64,000 nucleotides of DNA from positions 15,624,001 through 15,688,000 of the forward strand of contig OX597842.1 of the NCBI GenBank assembly GCA_951406725.2, in the 5' to 3' direction. Shown here one piece after another: positions 24,479-37,187 of the stretch (within the stretch, counting starts at the first letter, position 1; the number at the start of each line of letters is the position of its first letter). The translations under genes and the position numbers were made by a program. This stretch comes from Octopus vulgaris (taxonomy: Eukaryota). Under the pieces are notes generated by a model. It made no database searches and was not told the DNA's origin. It saw nothing but the letters and a program-made list of their open reading frames with translations.

Positions 24479-24512
<34 letters not shown>

Positions 24513-24794
24513 CAATTCTTTTTTATTGGCCACAAGGGCTGACACGCATGATTACATAAAGGGACAAGACAGGACGAAAGGTTACAAAGGGTTTTGCCGT
24601 TTTTTTAAAAACATCGAGTAAAAATCTTTATAACAACTTATAAAATTCAACAATGAAAAACTCCCAAAAGGGGGAGACGTCTCGAAAGGTTCCTGGTGGA
24701 AAAAACCCTACAAAAGCCAACGGGAGCCTGGTCAAAAAATAGGGGTGTAGAGAGTCCCCTTTCTTCTCCTTTTACATTACCTTTTTCTTTGAAA

Positions 24795-27700
24795 TCACAG
24801 GCGAAACCTGAGAACTGGTCCATTTATACAGGCCAGTCTCGCACAATTCACCCACCTTTCATAAAACTTGCTATCGGACAGCACTTTCCTCTCTAACCTC
24901 ATCTTCCTTTTCAAGTGAAACTTGAAAAAGTTGATGAGGCCTTGACCAAAGAGGAAAGTGTCTGTCTTTAGTCCTTTCAAACGAGTCCACCACACCACCT
25001 CTTTCGCCACAGCCACTAGGCACAAGAAAACGGCCTCGCCCTCCTTGTTAAAGGAGGTCGGCGGGGCAATCTTCACTATGGATTCGGCCGATAGTCGGAT
25101 CCGTCCTACACGTGACAGTAGCTGTTCGACATAAACCCATATTTCAGCAATACTCGGGCACTGGACGAGTGCTTGCAGGACGGTTTCGTCGTCCTGGCAA
25201 CACCTCGGGCAGGCCCGGCTGACGGCACTTCCGTGCCGGTAGAGTTTATCTCGAACAGGCAGAGCCCCTCGGTAGCACTGCCAAGCGAGAGACCTCTGGA
25301 AATTATCCATCGGCCCCGGCCCGAAAGTCCTCCCGAACAGACCGCACAGTTCGTCATCTTCAACGCCTAGAGTTTCCCCGAGAACGTCGTCGCATTTTTC
25401 CTCCACTAACCCTCTATAGAACGCTAGAGTGGAGCTGTAACCGACCGCATTGCCCGCCTGGCGGAGGGCGGAGAGGGCTTGACGGCACTCGAGGTGCCAA
25501 GCGCCCTTTCTCGGTCTACGTTTGATCCAGGTCTGCAGCTCCGTCAAAGAGACGAGCTGCGGAAAATCGCGTCTGACAAAAGACGACCACACCTGTTCAC
25601 CGTCTAGGAAGCGCTTGAGATGCCGCAGCCTGAGCGCATGTCTGCGCAACAGCAACCACGGCATTCCAAGGCCTCCGTTCAGCGGTCGTTGACAGCAGAT
25701 GGATCGCCTGACCAGTGGCACCTGACCCTTCCACAAAAAGTCGAAGAGCAGACGTACCAGCTTGGCCAACCAGCGGTCGGGACAAGGGACGACGGTCAAG
25801 CGGTAATAGATGACGGATGCGATGTACGCATTCGCCACCTCCGCTCGACCTTTCAGGGACAGCTTCCTCTCGGCCCATTTCTGGGTGAGACGTGCCACCC
25901 TGCTCGTCACCTCTTCCCAGTTCTTATCCACCTGGAGGTCCGGACCGAACCAGACCCCGAGCAGTTTAACGGGTCCGTCTGTCCAGCGCCCTACGACGCT
26001 GTTGGACGGCATGGGCTTGCCTCTCCAGGTGCCCAGTTGCAAGCCCACAGACTTTTCCGCGTTAATCTTTGCTCCTGTCACCGCTTCGTACTGGTTTAGC
26101 GTCTCGCCAATCAGGCCAATGTGCCTGTGGCTCGACACCACCACGGTGACGTCGTCGGCATAGGCAGACACGCTGTTTCCGCCTCCTAGATCGCGCGGGA
26201 TACCCCTCAAAGCCTCCAACTTGCGCAGTAATGGCTCGAGAGTCAAAATGTACAAGAGGGAGGAGAGAGGGCATCCTTGGCGGACCGAACGCGAGATGTC
26301 GAACGGTTCCGAAAGGTGACCGTTCACCCGTATCACCGAGCAGATGTTGCTGTATAAAGCAGCGATCCACCCGCGGAAGACTGGACCGAAGCCGGCTGCC
26401 CTGAGGACAGCTGCCAGGTACCGATGGTCGACCCTATCGAAGGCTTTACTCTGATCCAAGTTGATCAAAGCCCCACCCGCGCCAGCGTCGTTACCCACCC
26501 TCTCTATGATGTAGCGCATGAGATGGAGGTTGTCGTGTATCGACCTGGTCGGCACGGCGCATGTCTGCGTCTTGCCGACCAGCTTGTCCACGACAAGCGC
26601 CAATCTCTTGGCTAGCACCTTGGCCAAAATCTTCAACTCTGCATTGAGCAGAGTGATGGGCCGGAAATTCCCTATAACGTCCCCCTTGTTTGGGTCCTTC
26701 TTTAGCAAAGCCACCACCCCTCGACAGACAAAAGCAGGAATTCTCCCGTTTTGCTGCCAGTTGCAGTAGACGTTTGCCAACAGGTCCGCAAACAAGTCTG
26801 GCATTGAAAAGTAAAGCTCGTAGGGCAGACCATCCAAACCCGGCGATCTACCTCTCGTGCAACTCTTCATCGCTTCCTGTACTTCCCAGGCAGATATCGG
26901 TCCTTCGCAGCACTCTGCCTCGCTGTCCGAGAGTTGCGGCAGTCCGTCCAGGTACACACCGAAGTCTGTACCGTTGGTGTCCGTTCCACCGCTCGTCCCA
27001 AACAGTTGAGCAAAGTGCCGCTGAAGCACCGTACACATCTGCTTCGGTTGGGTAACCTCGCGCCCGTTCTGGTCCACCAAAGACCGAATGGTTGCTCTGT
27101 TGCCTCGCTTCGCCTCCGCCACGCGGGCCCATCGAGCGGCTCTAGTCCCCTCCCCGCTTAGCGAGCGTGCCTTAGCTCTGACAACGCAGCCCTCGTGTTT
27201 GGCGTCGAAGTGTTGGTCGAGGGCCAACCTTGCCGCCAACACGTCGGTCGCGATGCCAGTGTCAAGAGCCTCGTCTAGTTTCTTAACTAAATCCCGCTCT
27301 CTCTTCCTACGTTCAATAGCTAGAGTCTTACTATACCTAATCGACTCTACTCTAATTGCTCTCTTGAGGGCAAACCACCAGTTGTTGTTGATGATTGCCC
27401 CCGTGAGCGCCCGCTTAACTTGTAAACTAATCCGCTCTCTGTAAGCTTTGCACGCCGTTAACGACGCGTTCAGCTTCCAGTAGCCGGGTCCCTGTCTATG
27501 TAGCCTATCTAAGTCGACCGTACAGATCACTAATTTGTGGTCCGTATATTCGACTAGGTGGAATTGTGGACACCCTACGCTGTCCTTATCCGCTGGCCTA
27601 CAAAACACTCTATCTAAGTACGATCTAGACGACCCGATGCGGTTTGTCCAAGTCCACATTGGCACATTCGGGTTGTCTAGTCGAAACCTGTCGGACAGCT

Positions 27701-28229
27701 GAAAGCGGCCGAGTAGGTTGGCGAGGCTCTTGCACCCTCCCCCTCTCCTATCAGACGCTCCCCTGCCCACCCGATCGAAACGTTCGTCTAAGACAGCGTT
27801 CCAATCCCCAACTAGCACTAGAGTGCGTGACGTTCCCAGGAAAACTTCCAGACGTTTGAAATAATCCGACTGCCCTGCTCCTGTCGGAGCGTAGGCAGCC
27901 AGCAGTCTGAAAGCACCGCCGTCACTACCGTCGACGTCGAGGACCACCAACTTACCTTCCGGATCTAAGAAGACTGTCCTTATTTTCAGGTCCAGGCCCT
28001 TCCGAAACAACACCGCAGTACCACCACCGCCCGCTCCCGGCCGACACGGAGATAGAAATATCTCGTATCCGCCGAAAAGGGCTGCGAGTTCCTGCGGGTC
28101 GGAGAGCCTGGTTTCACTGATGGCTGCTACATCCACATCATGAAACCTCAGGTCGTTTAACAGGTGACCCTGTTTCCAAGGTGACCCGAGGCCTCTCACA
28201 TTCAAGCAACCGATTCTAAGATTTGCCAT
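24795..28229 (-). CDS. Tx1-type ORF2, 1144 aa, intact (differs from copy A at CCH/CCQ)
   Basis: Same motifs as 18905..22339. Confidence 0.97.
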   Translation of the reverse strand: MANLRIGCLNVRGLGSPWKQGHLLNDLRFHDVDVAAISETRLSDPQELAALFGGYEIFLSPCRPGAGGGGTAVLFRKGLDLKIRTVFLDPEGKLVVLDVDGSDGGAFRLLAAYAPTGAGQSDYFKRLEVFLGTSRTLVLVGDWNAVLDERFDRVGRGASDRRGGGCKSLANLLGRFQLSDRFRLDNPNVPMWTWTNRIGSSRSYLDRVFCRPADKDSVGCPQFHLVEYTDHKLVICTVDLDRLHRQGPGYWKLNASLTACKAYRERISLQVKRALTGAIINNNWWFALKRAIRVESIRYSKTLAIERRKRERDLVKKLDEALDTGIATDVLAARLALDQHFDAKHEGCVVRAKARSLSGEGTRAARWARVAEAKRGNRATIRSLVDQNGREVTQPKQMCTVLQRHFAQLFGTSGGTDTNGTDFGVYLDGLPQLSDSEAECCEGPISAWEVQEAMKSCTRGRSPGLDGLPYELYFSMPDLFADLLANVYCNWQQNGRIPAFVCRGVVALLKKDPNKGDVIGNFRPITLLNAELKILAKVLAKRLALVVDKLVGKTQTCAVPTRSIHDNLHLMRYIIERVGNDAGAGGALINLDQSKAFDRVDHRYLAAVLRAAGFGPVFRGWIAALYSNICSVIRVNGHLSEPFDISRSVRQGCPLSSLLYILTLEPLLRKLEALRGIPRDLGGGNSVSAYADDVTVVVSSHRHIGLIGETLNQYEAVTGAKINAEKSVGLQLGTWRGKPMPSNSVVGRWTDGPVKLLGVWFGPDLQVDKNWEEVTSRVARLTQKWAERKLSLKGRAEVANAYIASVIYYRLTVVPCPDRWLAKLVRLLFDFLWKGQVPLVRRSICCQRPLNGGLGMPWLLLRRHALRLRHLKRFLDGEQVWSSFVRRDFPQLVSLTELQTWIKRRPRKGAWHLECRQALSALRQAGNAVGYSSTLAFYRGLVEEKCDDVLGETLGVEDDELCGLFGRTFGPGPMDNFQRSLAWQCYRGALPVRDKLYRHGSAVSRACPRCCQDDETVLQALVQCPSIAEIWVYVEQLLSRVGRIRLSAESIVKIAPPTSFNKEGEAVFLCLVAVAKEVVWWTRLKGLKTDTFLFGQGLINFFKFHLKRKMRLERKVLSDSKFYERWVNCARLACINGPVLRFRL

Positions 28230-28268
28230 GTCTCAAAGTAGGGAAAAAAAAAAGGGAGAAAAAAGGCT

Positions 28269-30150
28269 CTACTTACTGTTGTTGGTGGTGGGGGTGGCTC
28301 CCTTGTGCTTTTGCACGGGTGCTCCAATAATATTTTTGTAAAGTTTCTGAGAGAAACTTTTCCCAAACGATCCCACATCGTTAGGGAATATTTGTTTTAT
28401 TTCGTTGTAAACTGTTTTGTTTATTTTAATTGTGAGAATGTGTGCTGGTGGTGTGTTGTGTGTAGGTATTATGAAATCTGTAATGTTTGTGCTTGTTTTG
28501 TTTTTCAAATACTCAACCAGTTCCTGGTTTCTTGTATTCACTGCTGTAATCGTGTCTGTAATTGTGTCTGTGTTTGTTTGTGTCTGTGGTAGTGGCAGTA
28601 GTGGTGTCGAAAGTGTTGTTGTTGTTGTTTGTTGTTGTGAGTGTGTGTTGTTGTTGATGTTGTTGTTGATGTTGGGAAGTACTGTTTGTTCGTGCTTCCC
28701 CTGTAAATCTTTTTGTTTTTTCCTCCTTTTCTTTTTTGGAGGTACTATATTCCATTCTCCTTTGTTGGAATCAGAGCTCGCACAATCCGAGATCTCTTCA
28801 TCCGGCAAAGGAATGGTTGAGGGGTCTGCTTCAGTAGCAGGACGAAAAGTTTTGGGTTCCGCCGGTATCGGTGGTGTCGCTGCTCCTGTTACTGTTGATG
28901 TCGCTGCTGTCGACCTTCGAGGTACTGGTGTCGGTGTTGGTTTGGTGGTGGTTGTCGGTGTTGGTTTGGTGGTGGTTGTTGTTGTTGGTGGTGGTGTTGT
29001 TCGTCTTGGTGCCGGTGTTGGTGATGGTGTTGGTGGTGTGGCAGCCTTTGGTTTTTCTTGCTGTTTTTGTTGTTTCTGTTGTTGTTGCTTGTGTTGTTGT
29101 TGTTGTTGTTGTTGTTGCTGCTGCCTCTTGCTATACTCCTCCATTCTCTTTTTTTGAATGGGGCAGTCCCTTTTTAGGTGGCTTTCGCTACTGCAGAGGA
29201 AACATTTTGGCTTTCGCCCCTCTACAATAACATTTAGCCTGGTCCCATCCAGCAAGATGACAAAGTCAGGTATGGCATTGATGTTTTCCTGCTGGATCTG
29301 TACCAGCAGTTGAATACCCATGCCTGACCAGTTCTTTTCTCGTACCCTCCGAACATTCAGAATAGTGGCAGTGTCCTCTATGCCATAGAGGACAGCCGCC
29401 ACTAGCCATGAGATTTTCTGTTCGGGGGTATTGTGCTTATAGTTATTTTTTGTACCTTACGCCCGAGGTACGTCGGGACGAGGAACAAATGTTCATTTTG
29501 CAAAGGCGAAATGGCGTTCGCCCTTGCAAGCTCCTCTGTTGGGAAGCGAACCTCCACGGTTCCAAATCGCTTCCCTCTTGTCACATAGCTCTTCTGGCCC
29601 CAAATGGGCTTCAGAGCCATCTCCAACTGTTGTGGTGTGGCGTTAAACAATATTTTAGTTTTCTTTTCGAAGACTTTATAAAAGATTGTTCTTTTGTTTG
29701 TCTCTTGTGTGAGTTGTTGAGGTGTGTTGAGGAAAACACTGTTCCCCTCCTTTCTCAACAAATCTTGTGCCATTTTTATGTCCTCCATTGTAATTTCTAC
29801 ATCTTCCGAAATTTGCTTCGCAGCAGAAGCAAAATCGTTAGAAGCTTTTACAGTTTTTTGTTGGTTCTTGTCTGTGTTTGTGTCTGTTATAATTTTCTTT
29901 ACCTCCCCCTTCGGTACAGCATCACTTGTTGAAGGCAGAGGGGGGAAATCAAGAGTGACGTCGAACGCGACGTCCTGGCATGCATTCTCCTTTTGAACCG
30001 AGCGCGTGCTCTCCGGTTCGGAAGGAGGATCTTTGTTGCCTTTTACGGCTTGAAATGGGTTGTACGTAACCCATGACGTTATTTTTTTTGTTCTTGTGGA
30101 GGGGGTGTTGCAAGAAGGAGGGAAGAGCCAGCAGCTCGTTTCAAAGCCAT
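28269..30150 (-). CDS. Tx1-type ORF1 of copy B, split by a 1-bp shortfall in a G run (~29424)
   Basis: ORFs 29402..30220 and 28269..29402 together cover the copy A ORF1; G5 here versus G6 in copy A. Confidence 0.75.
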
Positions 30151-30368
30151 TTTGTAAATATGTGTGTGCAAAAATGTCAATTTCAAAATAAAAAACAGCA
30201 ATTTCACCCCAAAGGGGCAAAATTTTCGCCCAACCGACGAGCTCCGCAAGAAGCCGGTCGGTTTGGCTACAAAAATATTAAAAAATATTCAAGCTTATTA
30301 AAAAATTTCCAATAAAATTGGCACAAAACTCACAGAGCTGATTCACGTACGTCCATCGGCGTCGGAAG

Positions 30369-30431
<63 letters not shown>

Positions 30432-30491
30432 TAATAACAATAACAATAATAATGAGAAGAAGAAGAAGAATGAGAAAAAGAAGAAGAAGAA

Positions 30492-30559
<68 letters not shown>

Positions 30560-31011
30560 TGATAATAATAATAATTATAATAATGAGAAGAAGAAGAAGA
30601 AGAAAAAGAAGAAGAAGAAGAAGAAGAAGAAGAAGAAGAAGAAGAAGAAGAAGAAGAATTAGTGTATGAATAATCTTCTTCTAAATATACAATTACATGT
30701 GATATTCAATGATGTGAATTAGCATCGATCTATCGATCTAGTTGTAATCACCGTACATAATGTGCATATCGTATTACACTCATATATGAATGCACTTCTT
30801 CGGACACAGAGGCAAATACATGCATTTGCTGAAAAGTTCCCTCTCAATTCTCACCCTTTCCTATATGCCATATCTTATACATGGGGCTTCCCACTCTTTA
30901 ACACACAATTACAGAAAGGTGGAGGATCATATAATCAAGTAAGGGACGATATTACAAATATGGAAATATATCGGCAATGATATACTATAAATAAAAATTG
31001 ATTTGACTTAC

Positions 31012-31083
31012 AGTCTTATCAAACTGGTCAGGTTTCTGATGGTTTCAGGTTTTATTTGATTCAGTTTATTAAAGCTCAAATCC
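31012..31083 (-). CDS. 72-nt single-LRR exon: (L)DLSFNKLNQIKPETIRNLTSLIR(L)
   Basis: ttttatgttccAG|G GAT TTG AGC TTT AAT AAA CTG...ATA AGA CT|GTAAGTC; 72 nt, phase 2-2; flanks homologous to those of exons 13865 and 9119. Confidence 0.88.
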
Positions 31084-31214
31084 CTGGAACATAAAATTGA
31101 GTCAAGATGAAACTTTATGGAACATGTTTTTGGATGTATATAACATATTTCGAGTAAAGAATTAGACTATGGAAATCATGAAGAGTTGATTACGGTTTTT
31201 GGAAGTATATAACA

Positions 31215-31595
31215 CTAGCAGTATCGCCCGGCGTTGCTCGGGTTTGTAAGGGAAATAACTATATAAGCATTTTTAGAGAGTTATAGCCAAAAAATAGCAA
31301 AAAAATGCATCAAAAATGGAAAAAAATTAAGGTAAATTTTTTTTTATTAGTTGACACATCGTAGATATTTTTAGAGAGTTACCTCCCTTATATAATAGCG
31401 GAAAATGCATTAAAATGGGAAAATATGATGGTAAATCTTTTTTAAATCGTAGACTCATCGTAGACGCGCGCTAATACCCAGAAGGGCTCGATATGGATCA
31501 CGACTATAAGATACCCGCTTTTGGTTAAACTTTTGGTTAGTTACGAATCTAAATCGTAGGAGACAGCCACACAACTTCACTTTTATATATAAAGA
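31215..31595 (-). mobile_element. Short non-autonomous Helitron-like element
   Basis: Minus strand begins A|TCTTTATATATAAAAG and ends with hairpin CCCGAGCAACGCCGGG followed by ...CTAG|T, i.e. the canonical TC...hairpin-CTAG structure inserted between A and T. Confidence 0.75.
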
Positions 31596-31875
31596 TATAA
31601 ACCACGTAGTTATATACACATACTTTGTTATATACACATTATTAAAAGAAAATGTTATTTTGAACACAACATTTATAAAGAATAAAATATTTTTTGGTTT
31701 TTCTTTTAAACGGATGAATACATTTATTAATAACTATATATAAGTGTCGTCTGTTTATACATAAACGGTGTTTCATACTGCAATTATATATACATATATC
31801 TATATATAATATTATATAATAAAATACATACAGAATATATGTATATATGTATATATGTATATATTTATGTATGTT

Positions 31876-34800
31876 CCGCTGGACGGAAGACGGAAGAGAT
31901 TAAAATGGAGGACACAAAATACAAAAAATACAAAAATATGTTTGTAAGGGAGGAGAATAATATAAAAGCCACCCTCCCAGAAGATATTAAAAATGAAACA
32001 CAAAGAAGGATAATGATTTACAAATCATTTGTAATAAAAGAGAAAAAATCGAAGAAGTAACAAAAGAACAGGCAGAGAAGTGCCTGCAACCAATATGGCA
32101 AGACATAGATTTCGTGACATGGGGCAAAAAGTACGCCACAATAATGGTCTATTTTAAGAGCGAGCAAATGGCATGAAAGCACTCGCTAACCCCATTTCAG
32201 GCGAGTGATATTGTTCTCTTGCTTTCTTATTTGGGGCAGAGGTCAGCCAAAATAAGAATCGAGGAAATACCTCCAGAAATCGAGGTAAAGTGGTTGCTTC
32301 CAGCCTTGCTAATAGGGCTGGAAGAAAAAATAAGTGTTATAGAGATAACAAAGATCAGGATGGAAAACTGGAGAGGTCAAACTCTTCAAGTGACAGTACA
32401 GGCGGCCCCAAAGACATTGGAGGAGGTCGCAGAAAATATCAATTTCAGCAATGAAATAAATTTGCGCGTGGTGGTGGAGGCCCGAAAGCCTCGATGCTAC
32501 GGATGTGGTGAGAAAGGCCACATCCGTATAGACTGCTCCACCCGCAAGAAAGAAGAAGAAGAAAGAAAAAGGACGGAAGCAGAGGAGAAGAGGAAAAAAG
32601 AGACGGTGGAAGAGAAAACAACAGAAGAAAATGCCTTCACACTGGTGAGGCAAAAAAAAAACACCAAAAAGAAAAAAATGAAGACTTAAACCCACCCACC
32701 CCATGCACAAGCAAAAAGAAAAATAACACACAGGGGGGAAAATTTACCCCACCCAACCACGGTTCCCCACAAAAGAAAAGAAAGAGAAGACCCTCCCAAC
32801 CCAACCCGAACAACCACTCCCACCCCTACCTCCCAGTGTCGAACAATTCCCTCCCCTCCCAAACTACTCCCCACCGTCCACCCCATCACCCCCACGAAGC
32901 CCAAAGAAAAAAATGGAAGGTTTAGAGATGGTGTACATCTCAATAAACAAAGATAATGATAGGTTGGTGAAACTTATTGATGAAGACCCAACAGCGGAAA
33001 AAATTCAAACTTACAGGGTATTGCCCAAAAATGTAGAAGTGTGTAAGATCGACATGTTAAATTACAACATTATACATGAGGAATACCCAAAATACATTAA
33101 AGGTCCGCGTCTCGACTTGCATGAGTCGTTGTATAAAGCGGACTTCCCCCCACGACCAACGGAAAAAAGGAAAACCAACTAAAAGGTAGGTGATGGCTCG
33201 TATTCATGTAGGGTGCATAAATGTGCGTCGCCTGGTGTCGAATTGGAAGCAAGGGCGCCTCCTAAACGACATCAGGTCACGGGATTTAGATGTTGTTGTT
33301 GCCACAGAAACCTGGTTAAAGGGGCCAAGAGATCCACTCCCGCTGTTCGGCGGTTTCGAGAGAATTATCTCTCCGAGCCGTCTGTCCGGCGGAAGCGGGG
33401 TGTTGGTCCTGTGTAAAAAGAACCGGGTTTCTGAGAAAAAGTAGATTTTTTTCAGATCCAGAAGGGAGACTGGTCTTCGTTGATTTGACGTTCAGTAGTC
33501 GTAAGACAATCAGGCTGGTGGCGGTTTACGAACCCCACAGTCAAGGGGAACAAAGTGATTATTTTCGGAACCTTGGAAAGTTTCTGAGTACATCGCATCC
33601 TTTAGTTGTTTTAGGAGACTTCAACACAGTCTACGATGTGCGGGTAGACTGTGAGGGCTCGCGAAGGAAAGGAAATGCTTGCTTCCAGGATCTACTAAGA
33701 CGTTTCGAGCTGGTAGATCCATATAGACTGGAACATTCGAACGCTCCATTGTGGACATGGTCAAACAGCGACGGATCTATCAAGTAGTACATAGACAGGA
33801 TATTAATTAGAAAAGTAGATAAGACACTAGCTAGGAGTCCACAGCTCCACATGGTCAGCTACAGTGACCACAAGATGGTCACCTGTAGGCTAGACATAGA
33901 TAGGACGAATAGAGGTCCTGGTTACTGGAAACTTAATACGTCCCTTTTGGCGATTAAGGATAAGGTTAATGATTCAGAGGGCTTTGACCGGAACAATAAT
34001 TAACAACATATGGTGGTATGCCCTCAAGCGAGCCATCAGATATGAGTCCATTAGATATAGTATAGATCTAGTAGCTAGAGAAGCTAGAAGGGAATCAGCA
34101 CTAGTTAAGGACTTAGAGCAAGCAATACGAACTGGCACGGCAGCCCAGGTGAAGGTCAAGAGACTGGTTTTAAACCAGCACCTCGAAGCCAAACACATGG
34201 GTTGCATTGTCAGGGCTAGACAACGTGCAATGGGGAGCGAAGGAATTAATGCCGCGAGATGGGCCGCAGTGGTGGAAGCCCAACGTGGCAACGATGCCAC
34301 AATTCGATCTTTGACGAACCAACAAGGTAAGTTGATAGACGAGCCCGAGGTGATGTGTGAAGCTTTTCAGGACCACTTCGCCCAGCTCTTTAGGGGGAGC
34401 GGCGGACCGGATAGGAGGAGGGGCCTAACGGACCTCCTCGACGGGCTGCCGCGCCTCTTGGAGCAGGACGTGAAGTGCAGTGAGGAGCCGATCACGCCTG
34501 GGGAAGTAATAGAGGCCATGGCTGACTGCGGCGCGGGTAAGGCTCCAAGACTGGATGGTCTACCCTACGAGCTTTATAAAAGTATGCCGGACTTGTTCGG
34601 GGACTTACTGGCGAACGTCTACGCGAACTGGCAGCAGAATGGGTTTATTCCCAGATATGTGCGCCGGGGAGTGGTGACACTAATCAGGAAGGACCCGGAC
34701 AAGGGGGATGACATTGATAATTTTAGGCCCATCACTCTGCTTAACGCAGAGCTGAAGATTTTGGCCAAAGTGTTATCGAACAGATTGGCGCGTGTCGCGG

Positions 34801-37180
34801 ATGGACTAATAGGGAAGGCACAAACGTGTGCCGTACCTGGCAGGTCCATTCAGGATAATCTCCATCTAATTAGATACACTATAGAGGGAATTAATAGCGA
34901 TCCCGGCAAGGGAGGGGTAGTGGTCCATTTAGACCAATCAAAAGCTTTCGATAGGGTCGACCATCATTACCTGGTGTCTGTTCTGGCTCAGTTCGGCCTG
35001 GGTCTTGGCTTCCTCAGGTGGATCATCGAAATGTACGATAACGTCGACTCGGTAGTTCAGGTGAACGGCTTTATTTCTAAGCCGTTCAGAGTCAATGCTC
35101 GGTTCGTCAAGGATGCCCACTCTCCCCGCTTTTGTATGTAGTGGCTCTCGAGCCGCTGCTGCGAAAACTGAGTGGCATCCCGAGGCATCCAGGTTGTGGA
35201 ATGTCGGTTTCGGCGTACGCGGATGATATCACTATCATCGTGACTGAAGTGGACCTCCTACGTAAAGTAGGCAAGGCCATAGAGGTTTACGAGACGGTGA
35301 CAGGAGCAAAAGTTAATCGCGAAAAGTCAGTCGGCTTGCAGCTCGGCACCTGGAGAGGCAAGTCGATGCCTTCAGACAACGTCGTGGGACGTTGGACGGA
35401 GGGTCCAATAAAGTTGCTCGGGGTTTGGTTCGGACCAGACCTCCAAATAGAGAAGAACTGGAGCGAGGTATCGAGCAGGGTTGCTGCGGTAGCCAAGACC
35501 TGGTGTTAGCGGTGGTTTTCCCTGAAAGGTAGGGCGGAGGTAGCCAATGTGTTTATCGCATCGGTGATCACCTATGCCTTACCGTCGTGCCTTGCCCGGA
35601 TTCGTGTTTGACCAAGTTGGAAAGACAGCTCTTCCACTTTTTGGGGAAGAGCTCGAAACCCCTTGTGAAACGCTCTGTTTGTTGTCAAAACCCGTTGAAG
35701 AGTTGACTAGGGATGCCGTGGCTAATGTTGGGCAGAAATGCGCTGAGGTTAAGGTATCTGTGGCTCCATCTGGTCTCCGTTGGCGAAACAGATGTTTCCC
35801 AAGTTCACCAGTTTTGGTGGACGGGAAGCCTGGTATAATCGCAGATCGAAGTTGGATACATAGTATACGGAGTGTCGCAAGGCACTCCGACTATTCCGTC
35901 GCTCGGGCAATGCCTGCGGCAGTGGTTCTACCGCTGTTTTCTATAGAGGGCTTGTAGAGGCCGGTTGCGATGATACGTTAGGGGAAACCCTAGGTTTCGA
36001 AGATAATCAGCTGTCCAGTCTGTTCCAACGTACATTTGGGCCGAGGACCCTGGATAATTTTCAGAAGTCCTTAGCTTGGCAGTGTTACCGAGGTGCCTTA
36101 CCTTTACTCTTTTACTCTTTTACTTGTTTCAGTCATTTGACTGCAGCCATGCTGGTGCACCACCTTTAATCGAGCAAATCGACCCGGGACTTATTCTTTG
36201 TAAGCCCAGTACTTATTCTATCGGTCTCTTTTTGCCGAACCGCTAAGTGACGGGAACATAAACACACCAGCATCGGTTGTCAAGCAATACTAGGGGGACA
36301 AACACAGACACACAAACACACACATATATACATATACACGACAGGCTTCTTTCAGTTTCCGTCTACCAAATCCACTCACAAGGCTTTGGTCGGCCCGAGG
36401 CTATAGTAGAAGACATTTGCCCAAGGTGGCACGCAGTGGGACTGAACCCGGAACCATGTGGATGGTAAGCAAGCAACTTACCACAGAGCCACTCCTGCGC
36501 CTATTGGGGATAAACTCGCAAGGCACGGTGGCCAAGTCAGCCCGACCTGTCCGAGGTGTGGGCGAGACAGGGAAACCGTCTCGCACGCGGTCGTGCAGTG
36601 CTCGGAGGTGGCAGACATGTGGGTTTTTGCCGAACAACTGTTGTCAAGTGGAGGAAGAGTACAGCTATCGACTGAATCCATTGTAAAATCGACCCACCGG
36701 ATTTCTTAACGAAAGAAGATAAGAATTGTTTTCTCTCTGTGGTTTCAATTGCGAAACAAGCAGTATGGAAGACGAGGATGAAAGAGGTGATAGCAGGCAA
36801 CTTCATCTCTGGTTCTAGTCTGGTGGAATATTTTAAATTCCACCTAAAAAGACAAACAGAACTAGAGAGGAGGGGCCTGAGAAAGAAAGTGTTCGATGAA
36901 AGATGGAAGAATGTTGTGAGTAAAAGGCCCCTCATGAATGAAAGGTAAGCCGGAAAAAAAAGAAGAAAAAACCTAAGGTCAGTTTCGTGGCGGTTATCGT
37001 GGAGTCCGTAAGCCCGCCCCACTCCATCTGTGAAATTGTTTGTGTAAAAAATGTCCTATCATCCGAATTATATAATCATGTGTAAATTTTTAATAGACCC
37101 CAACGCACATTCCTGTAAAAACATTCGTGATGTTCTGTCTTTATATGTAAAACCGTATGGTGAATAAAGAAATAATAGTT
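31876..37180 (+). mobile_element. Decayed Tx1-clade LINE lacking its 5' end (element C), interrupted by a SINE
   Basis: ORF1 fragments and ORF2 fragments 33190-36948 (NFRPITLLNAELKI, LDQSKAFDRVDH, AYADDI, CPRCGRDRETVSHAVVQC); AATAAA at 37163-37168. Confidence 0.93.
36104..36502 (-). mobile_element. tRNA-derived SINE (octopus-type) inserted in ORF2 of element C
   Basis: Minus 5' end has A-box TGGCTCTGTGG and B-box GGTTCAGTCCC; (AGTAAAAG)n-type tail; splits YRGALP|IGDKL with a possible 'cct' duplication. Confidence 0.85.
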
Positions 37181-37187
37181 AACAATT

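Larger units (their letters stand above)
18622..24479 (-). mobile_element. Full-length Tx1-clade non-LTR retrotransposon, copy A (~5.86 kb)
   Basis: 5' UTR, ORF1, intact ORF2, 3' UTR ending ...cagcccttgcggccAATAAAaaagaattg; (ATT)n on both sides. Confidence 0.96.
24513..30369 (-). mobile_element. Full-length Tx1-clade non-LTR retrotransposon, copy B, head-to-tail with copy A
   Basis: Nearly identical to 18622-24479; separated from it only by (AAT)11 at 24480-24512; followed by a long (AAT)n from 30370. Confidence 0.96.

Noticed and set aside
19283-30315. Plus-strand ORFs overlapping Tx1 copies A and B (e.g. the 246-aa V/C-rich ORF)
   Set aside because: Antisense shadows of GC-rich or low-complexity ORF1/ORF2; no independent motifs.
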